Shown in pieces: positions 37,892 to 47,059 of a stretch of 64,000 nucleotides of DNA. The notes below the pieces were generated by a model, which did no database searches, was not told the origin of the DNA, and was given only the letters and a program-made list of their open reading frames with translations. Origin of the DNA: Halobacteria archaeon (GTDB lineage Archaea > Methanobacteriota_B > Thermococci > Methanofastidiosales > NM3); NCBI GenBank assembly GCA_036733165.1, contig DAINBB010000004.1:7198-71197 (forward strand), read 5' to 3'. Position 1 is the stretch's first letter, and each line of letters begins with the position of its first letter. The position numbers and the translations under genes were made by a program.

Positions 37892-39148
37892 ATGGTCGGG
37901 CAGAAGGGTGTAGAATATATCTCATTCCTTTTGAAACACAAGAACGTGCTGCTTCTGTGCAGCGCCATTTTCATGAGCATGATAGGCTTTGGAATGATAT
38001 TTCCCCTGTTGCCCACCCTGGCATCCACCATGGGCGCATCGAAAACCGAGATAGGCATCGTCGCCTCCAGCTTCGCATTCACCAGGATGCTTCTGGTCAG
38101 GCCCTTCGGGGCGCTATCCGACAGGATAGGAAGAAAACCGATGCTTATCTATGGTTTCATAGGCTATGGCATATTCATGTCAAGCTTTGCCTTCGCCCAC
38201 GATATCCATACCTTGATGTTCCTGAGGGGCATGCAAGGTGTTTGCTCTGCCAGTGTCTGGCCGGCGGCGTCTGCATTGATAGCGGATAGCGTCAATGTTC
38301 GGGAAAGGGGAAAGGCGATGGGATACCTAGGCATGTCCACGAGCGTCGGCCTGATGTTCGGTCCAGCCTTCGGAGGTTTCCTAAAGGACATATATGGCAT
38401 GCAGCTCCCATTCATATTGTGCGGGCTGATAACGGGTAGCATGCCGATATTGATAAAGAGGAAGATCCACGAGACCGTTGAGGATGTCAAGCCAATATGG
38501 AACAAGAGGGATATCAAAGGATGGGGGAATCCATTTGCATGGATAAGGGAAGACTATGAAGAGATAAGAAATCATTCTTTTTCAAGGACCATATTCAGCA
38601 TATTCGCAGCCGGTTTCATATTTAATTTTGCATATGCGCTCATAGAACCCCTGCTGCCGGTGTTCGTCACGGAAAAGATAGGTGCAACGTCGACAGAGGT
38701 GGGATTGGCATTCACTGCCGCAGGTATCGTGGGGTCAGTGGTCAGACCCCTGGCAGGAGACCTTGCGGACAGGATAGGAAGAAAGAGACCAATAATATTT
38801 GGGACCTTGTATTCGGGGCTCCTGACGATACCGATGGCTTATATAAGATCATCCACTGAAATGATAATGGTGATGGGTGTGAGATCAGTTGGATGGGCAG
38901 TGACAGACCCTTCCACGCTTGCATTGCTCTCTGATGTCAGCGATGAAAAAAAGAGAGGAAAGATATTCGGCTTACACCAGTTGTCATCCGGACTAGGATG
39001 GATGCTGGGACCCTTGGTAGGAGGAATAATATATGATCTGAAGGGAGGCGAACTTTCTTTTCTGTTGACCGCATTCGGGACATTGCTGACCGCAGTGATA
39101 CTCATAATGAACCTGGAAGAGACCTTGGAGGCAAAAAGAAATGTATGA
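37892..39148 (+). CDS. MFS transporter
   Basis: 12 TM helices. MFS motif A-like 'GALSDRIGRKPML' and a second copy 'GDLADRIGRKRPI'. Confidence 0.85.
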   Translation: MVGQKGVEYISFLLKHKNVLLLCSAIFMSMIGFGMIFPLLPTLASTMGASKTEIGIVASSFAFTRMLLVRPFGALSDRIGRKPMLIYGFIGYGIFMSSFAFAHDIHTLMFLRGMQGVCSASVWPAASALIADSVNVRERGKAMGYLGMSTSVGLMFGPAFGGFLKDIYGMQLPFILCGLITGSMPILIKRKIHETVEDVKPIWNKRDIKGWGNPFAWIREDYEEIRNHSFSRTIFSIFAAGFIFNFAYALIEPLLPVFVTEKIGATSTEVGLAFTAAGIVGSVVRPLAGDLADRIGRKRPIIFGTLYSGLLTIPMAYIRSSTEMIMVMGVRSVGWAVTDPSTLALLSDVSDEKKRGKIFGLHQLSSGLGWMLGPLVGGIIYDLKGGELSFLLTAFGTLLTAVILIMNLEETLEAKRNV

Positions 39149-39785
39149 CACCTTCATATTCGACCTTGACGGCACATTGGTCACTCATGAGATGGACTTC
39201 GCAGCCCATAGGAAGGAGCTTGAGAAGATACTTTTGTCCAGAGGGCTGCCGGAAGAGAAGCTGATCTGGAAGGATGGATTCATAGCATCTTTCAACATTT
39301 TCTGCAAGGAACTGAACTCATTGGGATATGATGGGGACAGGGTGATAGACGAGCTTATAGAAAGCATCAGGCTCTATGAGGTCGAGAGGGCTTCATATAC
39401 CAAGGCAATAGAAGGCGCGACAGAGGTCCTGTCCTATCTCAAGGGCAAGGGGTACAAGATAGCCATAGTGACCAGGAACAATCGGGACGCCGCAAACATA
39501 TCTATAGACAATGCAGGGTTTAGGGAATATGTCGATGTCATCATCGCAAGGGACGATGCGTCTGCGATGAAACCAAAGGAAGACCAGTTCGTCATTGCCT
39601 TGGAGAGACTCGGATCAAGTCCTGAATCAACAGTCGTCGTGGGTGACTACAGTCATGAGATAACTGCGGGGAACAGGCTCGGTTGCATGACGATAGGCGT
39701 TCTTTCGGGAAGCGGCGACCTTGAAAGGCTCAAGGGGGCTGAAATAATAGTATCGTCCGCCAAGGACATCATGGATTATTTCTAA
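39141..39785 (+). CDS. HAD-superfamily hydrolase (phosphatase, subfamily IA)
   Basis: Motif I 'FIFDLDGTLV', motif II 'IAIVTRN', motif III/IV 'K...VVGDYSHEI'. Confidence 0.8.
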   Translation: MYDTFIFDLDGTLVTHEMDFAAHRKELEKILLSRGLPEEKLIWKDGFIASFNIFCKELNSLGYDGDRVIDELIESIRLYEVERASYTKAIEGATEVLSYLKGKGYKIAIVTRNNRDAANISIDNAGFREYVDVIIARDDASAMKPKEDQFVIALERLGSSPESTVVVGDYSHEITAGNRLGCMTIGVLSGSGDLERLKGAEIIVSSAKDIMDYF

Positions 39786-39859
39786 ATTGACCAATTTACT
39801 TTATTTTAATACAAATATTTTTATTATAATTGATTTCAAGAAGAAGAAAGGTAAGTATT

Positions 39860-40912
39860 ATGTCAGTTTATGAACTTATTGATAAGATATCAAAGATGCA
39901 GGCGGAAGGTAGGGACCTCATAAGACTGGATATTGGTCAGCCGGACCTTCCCGTTCCCGAAGAGATCAAAGAGGCCACGAAGAAGGCCATAGATGAGAAC
40001 AGGACCGGTTACACCCACTCCATGGGCATTGCCGGGCTCAGAAAGGGGATAGCAAAACTGCACAATGTTTCGGATGAGAACGTGATAATCACCGTAGGCG
40101 GCAAGTTCCCAATATACTCCGCCCTGACCAACAATCCCGGGAAGACGACCTTGATAAGGCCATGCTGGGGCGCATACCCCCTCATACTGAACAAGCTCGG
40201 CAAGGAGTTCGATTCCATAGACACCAGCTTCGAATCGGGATTCCAGCCAGATCTGGATGCGATAGGCAACACGGACATGCTTGTCATCAACTACCCCAAC
40301 AACCCCACTGGCGTGTGCATATCCAACGAAGACTATGCCAAACTGGCGGACCTGTCCAATGACAAGGAATTCACCATAGTGTCTGACGAGGTCTACACAA
40401 AGATGGCTTTCAGGGACACAGATTCCATCACCAACCATGATTGCGACTACATATGCGTAGGTTCGTTCTCAAAGACGTTCTCTATGACGGGCTACAGGTT
40501 GGGATACGCGATATCATCCCCTGAGAACATAAAGAAGATACAGGAACTTCAACAACTTACCACTACAAGCCCAACAGAGTTCGCCCAATTCGCCGCGCTT
40601 GCTGCCATGGACATGATGGACAAGACATCGGAACGCATAAGCAGATTCTATAAGAAGAGGATGGACGAGGCTGTGTCCCTTCTTGAAACTGCAGGTTTCG
40701 AAGTCGTTCCTGCAGAGGGCACGTTCTACCTTTTCCCAAGGCTTAAGGCGGATTCCAACAAGTTCGCGATGAGGCTGCTCGAGGAGGGCGTTTCCGTGCT
40801 TCCGGGGAGCCCGTTCGGCCCATACGACAATCATTTCAGGATATCATTGGTAACGGACAGGATGGACGAGGCCACAAGGAAGATGGAAAAGGTCAGAAAG
40901 GAGCTCGAATAG
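39860..40912 (+). CDS. Aminotransferase, class I/II (aspartate/aromatic-type)
   Basis: 'NYPNNPTGV', 'SFSKTFSMTGYRLGY' (PLP Lys). Start taken at 'MSVYELIDK'. Confidence 0.85.
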   Translation: MSVYELIDKISKMQAEGRDLIRLDIGQPDLPVPEEIKEATKKAIDENRTGYTHSMGIAGLRKGIAKLHNVSDENVIITVGGKFPIYSALTNNPGKTTLIRPCWGAYPLILNKLGKEFDSIDTSFESGFQPDLDAIGNTDMLVINYPNNPTGVCISNEDYAKLADLSNDKEFTIVSDEVYTKMAFRDTDSITNHDCDYICVGSFSKTFSMTGYRLGYAISSPENIKKIQELQQLTTTSPTEFAQFAALAAMDMMDKTSERISRFYKKRMDEAVSLLETAGFEVVPAEGTFYLFPRLKADSNKFAMRLLEEGVSVLPGSPFGPYDNHFRISLVTDRMDEATRKMEKVRKELE

Positions 40913-41039
40913 GGCTCACATCCTTTTTTTTGTCAATGTCTTGACTATGTTGTACAACAATAGGCCTATTACGAAACCGATTATCACCAAGTAAGCGCTG
41001 TTCATGGCCTCTAATCAGTAAGGGGGAATAATAGTGTTT

Positions 41040-42101
41040 CTATATCGGGACTACATGAAGTGCTGTGCTCTTGAAGAACACGCCCACTTCCGATCCCACC
41101 TCTAGGCCCATGTCGTTGATGGACTGCATCGTCACCGCCACAACTACTGGGAAACCACAATCAATCCTCAAAAGATTGAAGAATCCGTGGTATTCCATGG
41201 AACTGATAGTCCCCCTGAACCGATTCCTCGCACTTGTGAGCTCGCCGGAGCCTATAACTATGTCCTCAGGTCTTATCAGCAATCTGGCCCGTTCCCCTAT
41301 GGGGGACGTATATTGCCCTGTCAGAATCTCCTTGCCGTCAAGCTTCATCAGCAGGCCCTTTGGGGAATTGTCAACTATGTCGACATCCCATATGTTCTCG
41401 ACCTTTACGAACCTTGCGACATCCACTGACACGGGTTTGAAAAATATCTCCTTGGGGTCGCCCACCTGCACTATCCTGCCATCCATCATTATGGCTATCC
41501 GGTCTGCCAGTATCATGGCCTCTTCCTGACTGTGGGTCACGTGGATCGTTGTGATGCCCTCCCTCCTATGAAGCGCCTTCATGTCGTTGATGAGCTTTTC
41601 CTTGGTGGCCTCGTCCAATGCTGAGAACGGCTCGTCCAAAAGCAGTATGTCGGGCCTCACGGCCAATGCCCTGGCCATGGCCACCTTCTGTTGTTCGCCA
41701 CCGCTGAGCGTCGTCACGTCCCTGCTCAGCAGATGCCCGATGTCCAGCATTGATGTCAGCGCCTCAACGATTCTGTTTATCTCCTCCTTTGGCAGCTTCC
41801 TTACCTTCAGCCCATATTCGATATTGGACCTTGAGTCATAGTTCGGAAAGAGCGAGTAGTCCTGGTACAGAAATCCCACGTTCCTTTTCTCTGGCGGAAG
41901 CGTCGTGACGTCCTTGCCTCTCAGTTTTATCGATCCCTCATCGGGATAGTAGAGACCTGCGATTATCTCCAGAAGAAGGGTCTTTCCTGCGCCTGTGGGG
42001 CCGAGTATCACAAAATACTCCCCTTCCCTGACATGCAAGTCTATTCCCTTCAGGGAGAATATGCCATCCCAGTCGTTGCTGATGTCCTTGATTTTCAACA
42101 T
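41040..42101 (-). CDS. wtpC: Molybdate/tungstate ABC transporter ATP-binding protein (ModC/WtpC) with C-terminal TOBE domain
   Basis: 'GPTGAGKT', 'LSGGEQQKVAMARA', 'LLLDEPFSALD'. C-terminal ~110 aa mop/TOBE-like. Confidence 0.85.
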   Translation of the reverse strand: MLKIKDISNDWDGIFSLKGIDLHVREGEYFVILGPTGAGKTLLLEIIAGLYYPDEGSIKLRGKDVTTLPPEKRNVGFLYQDYSLFPNYDSRSNIEYGLKVRKLPKEEINRIVEALTSMLDIGHLLSRDVTTLSGGEQQKVAMARALAVRPDILLLDEPFSALDEATKEKLINDMKALHRREGITTIHVTHSQEEAMILADRIAIMMDGRIVQVGDPKEIFFKPVSVDVARFVKVENIWDVDIVDNSPKGLLMKLDGKEILTGQYTSPIGERARLLIRPEDIVIGSGELTSARNRFRGTISSMEYHGFFNLLRIDCGFPVVVAVTMQSINDMGLEVGSEVGVFFKSTALHVVPI

Positions 42102-42107
42102 AGATTA

Positions 42108-42917
42108 TCACCATTTTTTCTTAGAGACCAGCCTGAGTGCCATGAACGTGATAAAGCACATTATTATCAGAAGGACCGCTATCGGCTGCGATTCGCTGAG
42201 TCCGCCGGTATTGAATCTGTAGAGGATGAGGGTCGATGCTATCATAGGATAGTAAGCTATCACCACCACGGCTCCGAACTCGCTTACTCCGCGCGCCCAT
42301 GACATTATCGCGCCGGATATCACGTGACGCAGAGACAGGGGCAGGGTAATATGTAAGAACGCATGTGTTTGGCTGGCACCCAGCGTCCTTGCCACATTCT
42401 CATAGTTGGGATTCACACTGGCAAAGCCGTCCTTGGCGGCATTTACGAAGAAAGGATAGCTTACGAACAGCATTGCCGCCACGACACCCCACATAGAATC
42501 CTGGAAGACGATGCCTATGCTCTCAAAGAAACCGCCAATGGCGCCCCTCTTCATCAATAGGGAGAACAAGGCTATGCCGGCGACCGTATGAGGAATTATT
42601 ATTGGTATGTCGATGAAAGACTCAATGACCTGCTTGAACGGAAAATCGTGCCTTGCCAACACATACGCCAAGGGTATCCCAAAGATCATAGCTATGATGG
42701 TGGCCAAGAACGATGTGTACATGGTAAGCCATATCGAGCGCAACACTGTCTCGTCCTGCATGACCTTGTAAAAGTTATCTGTATTGAGAAACAATGTCTT
42801 GAACAGTAGATTGAAAAGTGTTCCTGCGACAAAGAGTATTATTCCAAGACCTACAAAAAAGAAAAAAAATGAGAGAGGATTTTTCCTCACTGAACAAAAA
42901 AACCCTGAAAAATTCAT
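42108..42917 (-). CDS. wtpB: Molybdate/tungstate ABC transporter permease (ModB/WtpB)
   Basis: Polytopic permease with the EAA-like loop 'ARTLGASQTHAFLHITLP'. Lies between the binding protein and the ATPase. Confidence 0.85.
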   Translation of the reverse strand: MNFSGFFCSVRKNPLSFFFFFVGLGIILFVAGTLFNLLFKTLFLNTDNFYKVMQDETVLRSIWLTMYTSFLATIIAMIFGIPLAYVLARHDFPFKQVIESFIDIPIIIPHTVAGIALFSLLMKRGAIGGFFESIGIVFQDSMWGVVAAMLFVSYPFFVNAAKDGFASVNPNYENVARTLGASQTHAFLHITLPLSLRHVISGAIMSWARGVSEFGAVVVIAYYPMIASTLILYRFNTGGLSESQPIAVLLIIMCFITFMALRLVSKKKW

Positions 42918-43954
42918 ATCTCTTCAAGATATTCTTCAAGACCGCCTGGCACGAGATCTATGTCGTTTACGCCTGCAGGTACTATCGGTGGTTGTCCATC
43001 CTCTGTGAATATGCCCTGTCCTATCCCGTTTATCACATATTCAACGAAAAGGGCCGCTTCTTCGGCGTTTGGCGCATTGAGGGGGATGGTTATGCCATAT
43101 ACTATCGGCTTCCCTGTCTGTGTACCACCATTGGATAGGATGATAGACACATTATCGTATGTGTCAGCGTAGCTCACTGAACTCAGATTGATGGATGATG
43201 GGAGCCTGATGTAGTTGAGATCGTTTTGAACTGCCACTGAGAGATATTCCCAAGCGTAGTCAAGACCTCCCTCCTGTATCATCGCGACCAGATCAACTGA
43301 TTTGTCCCTTATTGTGAGATAGTCCGTGTCTGGGTCAAGGGCCTCCGGGGCCGTGATTGTGTAGACGCCCGAACTCTCTTCTACCGAGATGGCGCTGTTC
43401 GCTACGATGAGGTCGTCGAATATCATGTCATCGCCATATTCCAGCTCTGCCAACTGTATGACCATGGGTGTCCTGTACCCACAGGGATCCAGATTGGGGT
43501 TCGAGAACGCCCATAGCACATCGTCCCTGCGAAGGATGTCATACCAGTTGTCGGCAGTTATCTCGTCGGCGTAGTTGCTGTTGTCAGAGTATGTGAGCAC
43601 CATTTCGTTGCTCGCAAAGAGGACATACCAATCCGCATAGTCCGGCATCATCATCGACGGGATCAGGGTGTAGTCGGCCGATGCCAGCACATCTGCCTCA
43701 ACTCCGGTCTCAATTATCTTGTTGACGCATGAGACGCTGCCGGCAGCTTCCAATTGCACATCGATATACGGATATTCGGCCTCGAATTCCGCCTCTATCT
43801 TCTCAAATGGCGAGGCTAGGCTTCCCGCATGCAGGACCTTCAAGGTGACTGCCTCATGTTCCTCCTCGTCATCAGAGGATATGCATCCGGAAAACATCGA
43901 TATTGTTATCACGAGACACATTGCCGCCATCAAAACTAACTTCATTTTTTTCAT
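42914..43954 (-). CDS. wtpA: Tungstate/molybdate-binding protein WtpA/ModA-like (lipoprotein)
   Basis: Signal peptide plus lipobox 'ISMFSGC'. 'LKVLHAGSLASPFEKIEAEFEAEYPYIDV' is typical of WtpA. Confidence 0.8.
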   Translation of the reverse strand: MKKMKLVLMAAMCLVITISMFSGCISSDDEEEHEAVTLKVLHAGSLASPFEKIEAEFEAEYPYIDVQLEAAGSVSCVNKIIETGVEADVLASADYTLIPSMMMPDYADWYVLFASNEMVLTYSDNSNYADEITADNWYDILRRDDVLWAFSNPNLDPCGYRTPMVIQLAELEYGDDMIFDDLIVANSAISVEESSGVYTITAPEALDPDTDYLTIRDKSVDLVAMIQEGGLDYAWEYLSVAVQNDLNYIRLPSSINLSSVSYADTYDNVSIILSNGGTQTGKPIVYGITIPLNAPNAEEAALFVEYVINGIGQGIFTEDGQPPIVPAGVNDIDLVPGGLEEYLEEI

Positions 43955-44061
43955 TGATTCACCTCGTTATTTACATCTAGAGATAACGAAAATATTGATT
44001 AATTTAAATCTTTCTTCACTCTCAAGAATTATTTCTATTAAATTTGGACTTGACACCCTGA

Positions 44062-44391
44062 TTATTCCTCTACAAGCTCACCATTGATTTTCTGCCAATG
44101 CCTCAAAGCCTTTATCACGGCCTTTCTGGACCATACCTCCTCGGGGAAACCCCTCATCAACATCAGGATCGATATTGCGCCCACGATCTCCTCTTCCTTG
44201 GCACCGGCATCCAATGCCCTTTTCACATGATAGTCGATGCATGTCTCACATCGATTGATGATCGATATTATTATTGCTATCAGTTCCTTGGTCTTGAGGT
44301 CCAGTGCGGTCTCATCCCTCATTATCCTTCTGACCATCTGATCATAGGCATCCCATAGCTCTGCGTAGTGTTTCTCAATAAGCGATGGCAT
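44062..44391 (-). CDS. Carboxymuconolactone-decarboxylase/AhpD-like protein
   Basis: 'ELIAIIISIINRCETCIDYHVKRALDAGA': the AhpD C-x-x-C ... H motif. Start taken at 'MPSLIEKH'. Confidence 0.7.
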   Translation of the reverse strand: MPSLIEKHYAELWDAYDQMVRRIMRDETALDLKTKELIAIIISIINRCETCIDYHVKRALDAGAKEEEIVGAISILMLMRGFPEEVWSRKAVIKALRHWQKINGELVEE

Positions 44392-44512
44392 TTCAACACC
44401 TTCTATTAGATTACAATGACAGAATATAATGTTTGTCATGTTACTCGCATTGTATCTTTGCACGGACCCTGGCACCCTAGTAAAATATATATTTTCAGAA
44501 AAGCAAGTGAAG

Positions 44513-45160
44513 ATGATGATCTTTGGAAAGAAGGAGGACGAGGTCAGCGACCTGATAGAACAACACTCCAAATTGGTCCAGAAATGCTTGGACTACTTCA
44601 AGGAAGGTCTGGAATCGTATCTGAACGACAACTTGTGCATATGCGACGACATCAGGGAAAAGATCGTCAGGAAGGAACATGAGGCCGACGAGGTTAGAAG
44701 AGAGATACAGATGAAGCTCTATGACGGCGCCTTCATGCCCCTCTACAGGGACGACATCTATCTCTTCATCGATAAGCTGGACAATATCGCAGACGAGACC
44801 AAACACCTGATAAACGTCCTTGTATTGGAAAAACCACATATACCAAAGACACTATCAGACGATTTCTACAATCTGATGAATGAGAGCGTATCCCCATACA
44901 AGGACCTCAAGGTGGCCCTGAGATATTTCAAGAGCGACAAGGAGAAGACCTTGGCGTCGACCCTGCAAGTAGAGAAGAAGGAGAGCAAGGTGGACCTGAT
45001 GGAGCATGACCTCAGAAAGAAGATATTCAGCATCGAGGACCTTAGCCTGGCTCAAAGGCTTCATATGCGCTCATATTCACTCCACCTGGCCTTGATATCC
45101 GACATCATAGAGGATTGCTCGGACATCATAGAGATGATGCTAGTCAAGAGGCAGCTCTAG
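44513..45160 (+). CDS. DUF47-family protein (PhoU-like fold)
   Basis: ~215 aa helical protein. 'HEADEVRREIQMKLYDGAFMPLYRDDIYLFIDKLDNIADETK' is typical of DUF47 (YkaA). Confidence 0.6.
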   Translation: MMIFGKKEDEVSDLIEQHSKLVQKCLDYFKEGLESYLNDNLCICDDIREKIVRKEHEADEVRREIQMKLYDGAFMPLYRDDIYLFIDKLDNIADETKHLINVLVLEKPHIPKTLSDDFYNLMNESVSPYKDLKVALRYFKSDKEKTLASTLQVEKKESKVDLMEHDLRKKIFSIEDLSLAQRLHMRSYSLHLALISDIIEDCSDIIEMMLVKRQL

Positions 45161-45721
45161 GTCAAGGGACCTTATGTAGTCTGCCAGTTCGTTCCTGCCA
45201 ATCGTCTTCAAGAGCCACCTCAGGTCTTCCATCGTGTCAAGATCCCTGAAGCTATCCGATCGGTATACTCGTAAGGGGATTCCCATTTCCTCGGCTTCCC
45301 CTGTGTGTAGGGCAAAACTGTTTTTTCCAAATCGTGGCGTGAACTCTACTTCCCGTGGTATGAAAAGACCGCTGGTCCCCCCGTCCTGGGACGGTGCCGT
45401 CGAGAGCGTCATGGAATTGCCCATCAGTTTGAGCACGTCGCTCGTTGTCAGTAGTGGGAGGTCGCATGGAAGCACCAACAGGTCATCGTTGAGCTTTCTC
45501 CTGATGTCCATGATGCCGTTGTTGATATCGTCACTGTCCCTGACCCCGTCGATGGCCGCCTTATGGGTCCTGGGGAGCACGGTGACCGGAAAGTCCTCAA
45601 GCGCGTTCAGCACGCGCGAGAACATTATCAGTACCATGTTCCTTCTTTGGTCAAGATCAAAAAAAGGAGAAAGGCGTGATTTTGCGTTCTCTATGTTCAA
45701 GAGCACGACGGCATTGACCAT
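45140..45721 (-). CDS. cofC: 2-phospho-L-lactate guanylyltransferase CofC-like (MobA-like NTP-transferase fold)
   Basis: N-terminal 'ENAKSRLSP', central 'LVLPCDLPLL'. Length ~190 aa. Confidence 0.6.
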   Translation of the reverse strand: MVNAVVLLNIENAKSRLSPFFDLDQRRNMVLIMFSRVLNALEDFPVTVLPRTHKAAIDGVRDSDDINNGIMDIRRKLNDDLLVLPCDLPLLTTSDVLKLMGNSMTLSTAPSQDGGTSGLFIPREVEFTPRFGKNSFALHTGEAEEMGIPLRVYRSDSFRDLDTMEDLRWLLKTIGRNELADYIRSLDLELPLD

Positions 45722-45733
45722 ACGCCCAACTGC

Positions 45734-46510
45734 TTAAGCTTGTATAAAAGCCTTTTGCACAAACGAAAAAGCCTTTGTCCTGAAGACAAGAAGCCATGCT
45801 ACAGACACTTCCAATATGCCCTGGATTATGTTCAGAGAGAGGATGCCCCACCAGGGTATCATCTGCAATGCCATCTCCGGGGTAAGCCCAGGAATGAACA
45901 AAGGCAAGGCAAAATAGTAGTTGAGCACCGTGGTGGTGATGCCCCTGACCACCAAGGCCAGTGCCAGTGCAATAAGGACCTTCTTAGGGTCCCTGTACGA
46001 GGATACGTCCTCCCTGTCCATGCCCTTCGTGGCGAAGAAGAAGGCGAAGTAGAATATCGCCGATGCGATTAGGACCACTATGGGAGAGTAAAAGACGTTG
46101 TCCTGCGCCCCCACAAGCTTGTACATTGCCCCAAGCAACCCTATCAGGGAGACCATGCTCACTATGGCCGCAATGACTACCACAATGTCCTCCTTCAGGG
46201 CGTCCCTCCTTATCTTGACGGAGAGTATGGCGGGCGTGATTATCATCGGCATGGTGGCCAACCATTTCATCGTACCGCCTATGAGGCCCTCAGATGCTAT
46301 TATGGACACTATGAAGAAAAGACCGAAACATACCGTTATAGAGGTCCTGAAACCATAGAGGAAGAACGCAAGCAGGACGGGCAAGGCCACGAGGTCCACA
46401 CTTATACCCCAAGGCGACACATATCCAAGCGGAGGTTTCAATAATTGGAATATTGCTATTAGAGCTAAGAACATTGCTACAAGCGCCACATCTGTTGATT
46501 TCTTTAACAT
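45734..46510 (-). CDS. Polytopic membrane protein, hypothetical
   Basis: ~8 predicted TM helices. No catalytic motif. Confidence 0.5.
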   Translation of the reverse strand: MLKKSTDVALVAMFLALIAIFQLLKPPLGYVSPWGISVDLVALPVLLAFFLYGFRTSITVCFGLFFIVSIIASEGLIGGTMKWLATMPMIITPAILSVKIRRDALKEDIVVVIAAIVSMVSLIGLLGAMYKLVGAQDNVFYSPIVVLIASAIFYFAFFFATKGMDREDVSSYRDPKKVLIALALALVVRGITTTVLNYYFALPLFIPGLTPEMALQMIPWWGILSLNIIQGILEVSVAWLLVFRTKAFSFVQKAFIQA

Positions 46511-46561
46511 AGAAGTGGACTTTTTGAATTGATTAAAAAGTTTTTAGGTAATTAATCAATA

Positions 46562-47059
46562 TTGAGTAAGCTTCTTTCCTCCGTAAGATTAAATAAATCG
46601 ACCGGGACAATAAGAGGTATGGAGGTCGAGGGCAAGGAAGACTACTCATTGGAGATGGAAGGCATGCAGGTAAACATCAGGAACGGCGAGAAAAAGAGCA
46701 TATGCCCGCACATTGCCATCGTGCTCGAGCAACACGGCATAGTCTCCATCCCCGTCGTCGATGATGTCACGATAAAGAAGATGATCATGGAAGAGAAGAG
46801 GGGGGCCCTACCCATGAAACTGCCCGAAGACTTCTACGACCTCGTGAGACATAGTATCGACAGAACGGACGATGAGAAGAAGAGGAAGTTGATGATGGCA
46901 TTGGCAAAGGACCTGCTGAAGGAGAGGGTGGAGAAGATATTCAAGCTATGCCTGAAGGACAAGACACCTAAGGCGGAGCTGCTGTCCTCCGAGATGACAC
47001 TACTTCTTAAACTGTCAATGTCAATAAAAGAATACGAGAAAGATACCATAGGTGTGTGA
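46562..47059 (+). CDS. GINS subunit-like protein (Gins51/Gins23), putative
   Basis: Small helical protein whose stop overlaps the mcm start by 8 nt, the conserved archaeal gins-mcm arrangement. Sequence support is weak. Confidence 0.4.
   Translation: MSKLLSSVRLNKSTGTIRGMEVEGKEDYSLEMEGMQVNIRNGEKKSICPHIAIVLEQHGIVSIPVVDDVTIKKMIMEEKRGALPMKLPEDFYDLVRHSIDRTDDEKKRKLMMALAKDLLKERVEKIFKLCLKDKTPKAELLSSEMTLLLKLSMSIKEYEKDTIGV

Noticed and set aside
42840-42905. A8/T8 homopolymer runs at the 5' end of the wtpB permease gene (encoding FFFFF), which could be a slippage-prone tract
   Set aside because: Phase variation through homopolymer slippage is not established in archaeal transporter genes. A single tract within a TM segment is explained well enough by the poly-Phe coding. 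Noted only as a possible sequencing-error hotspot.
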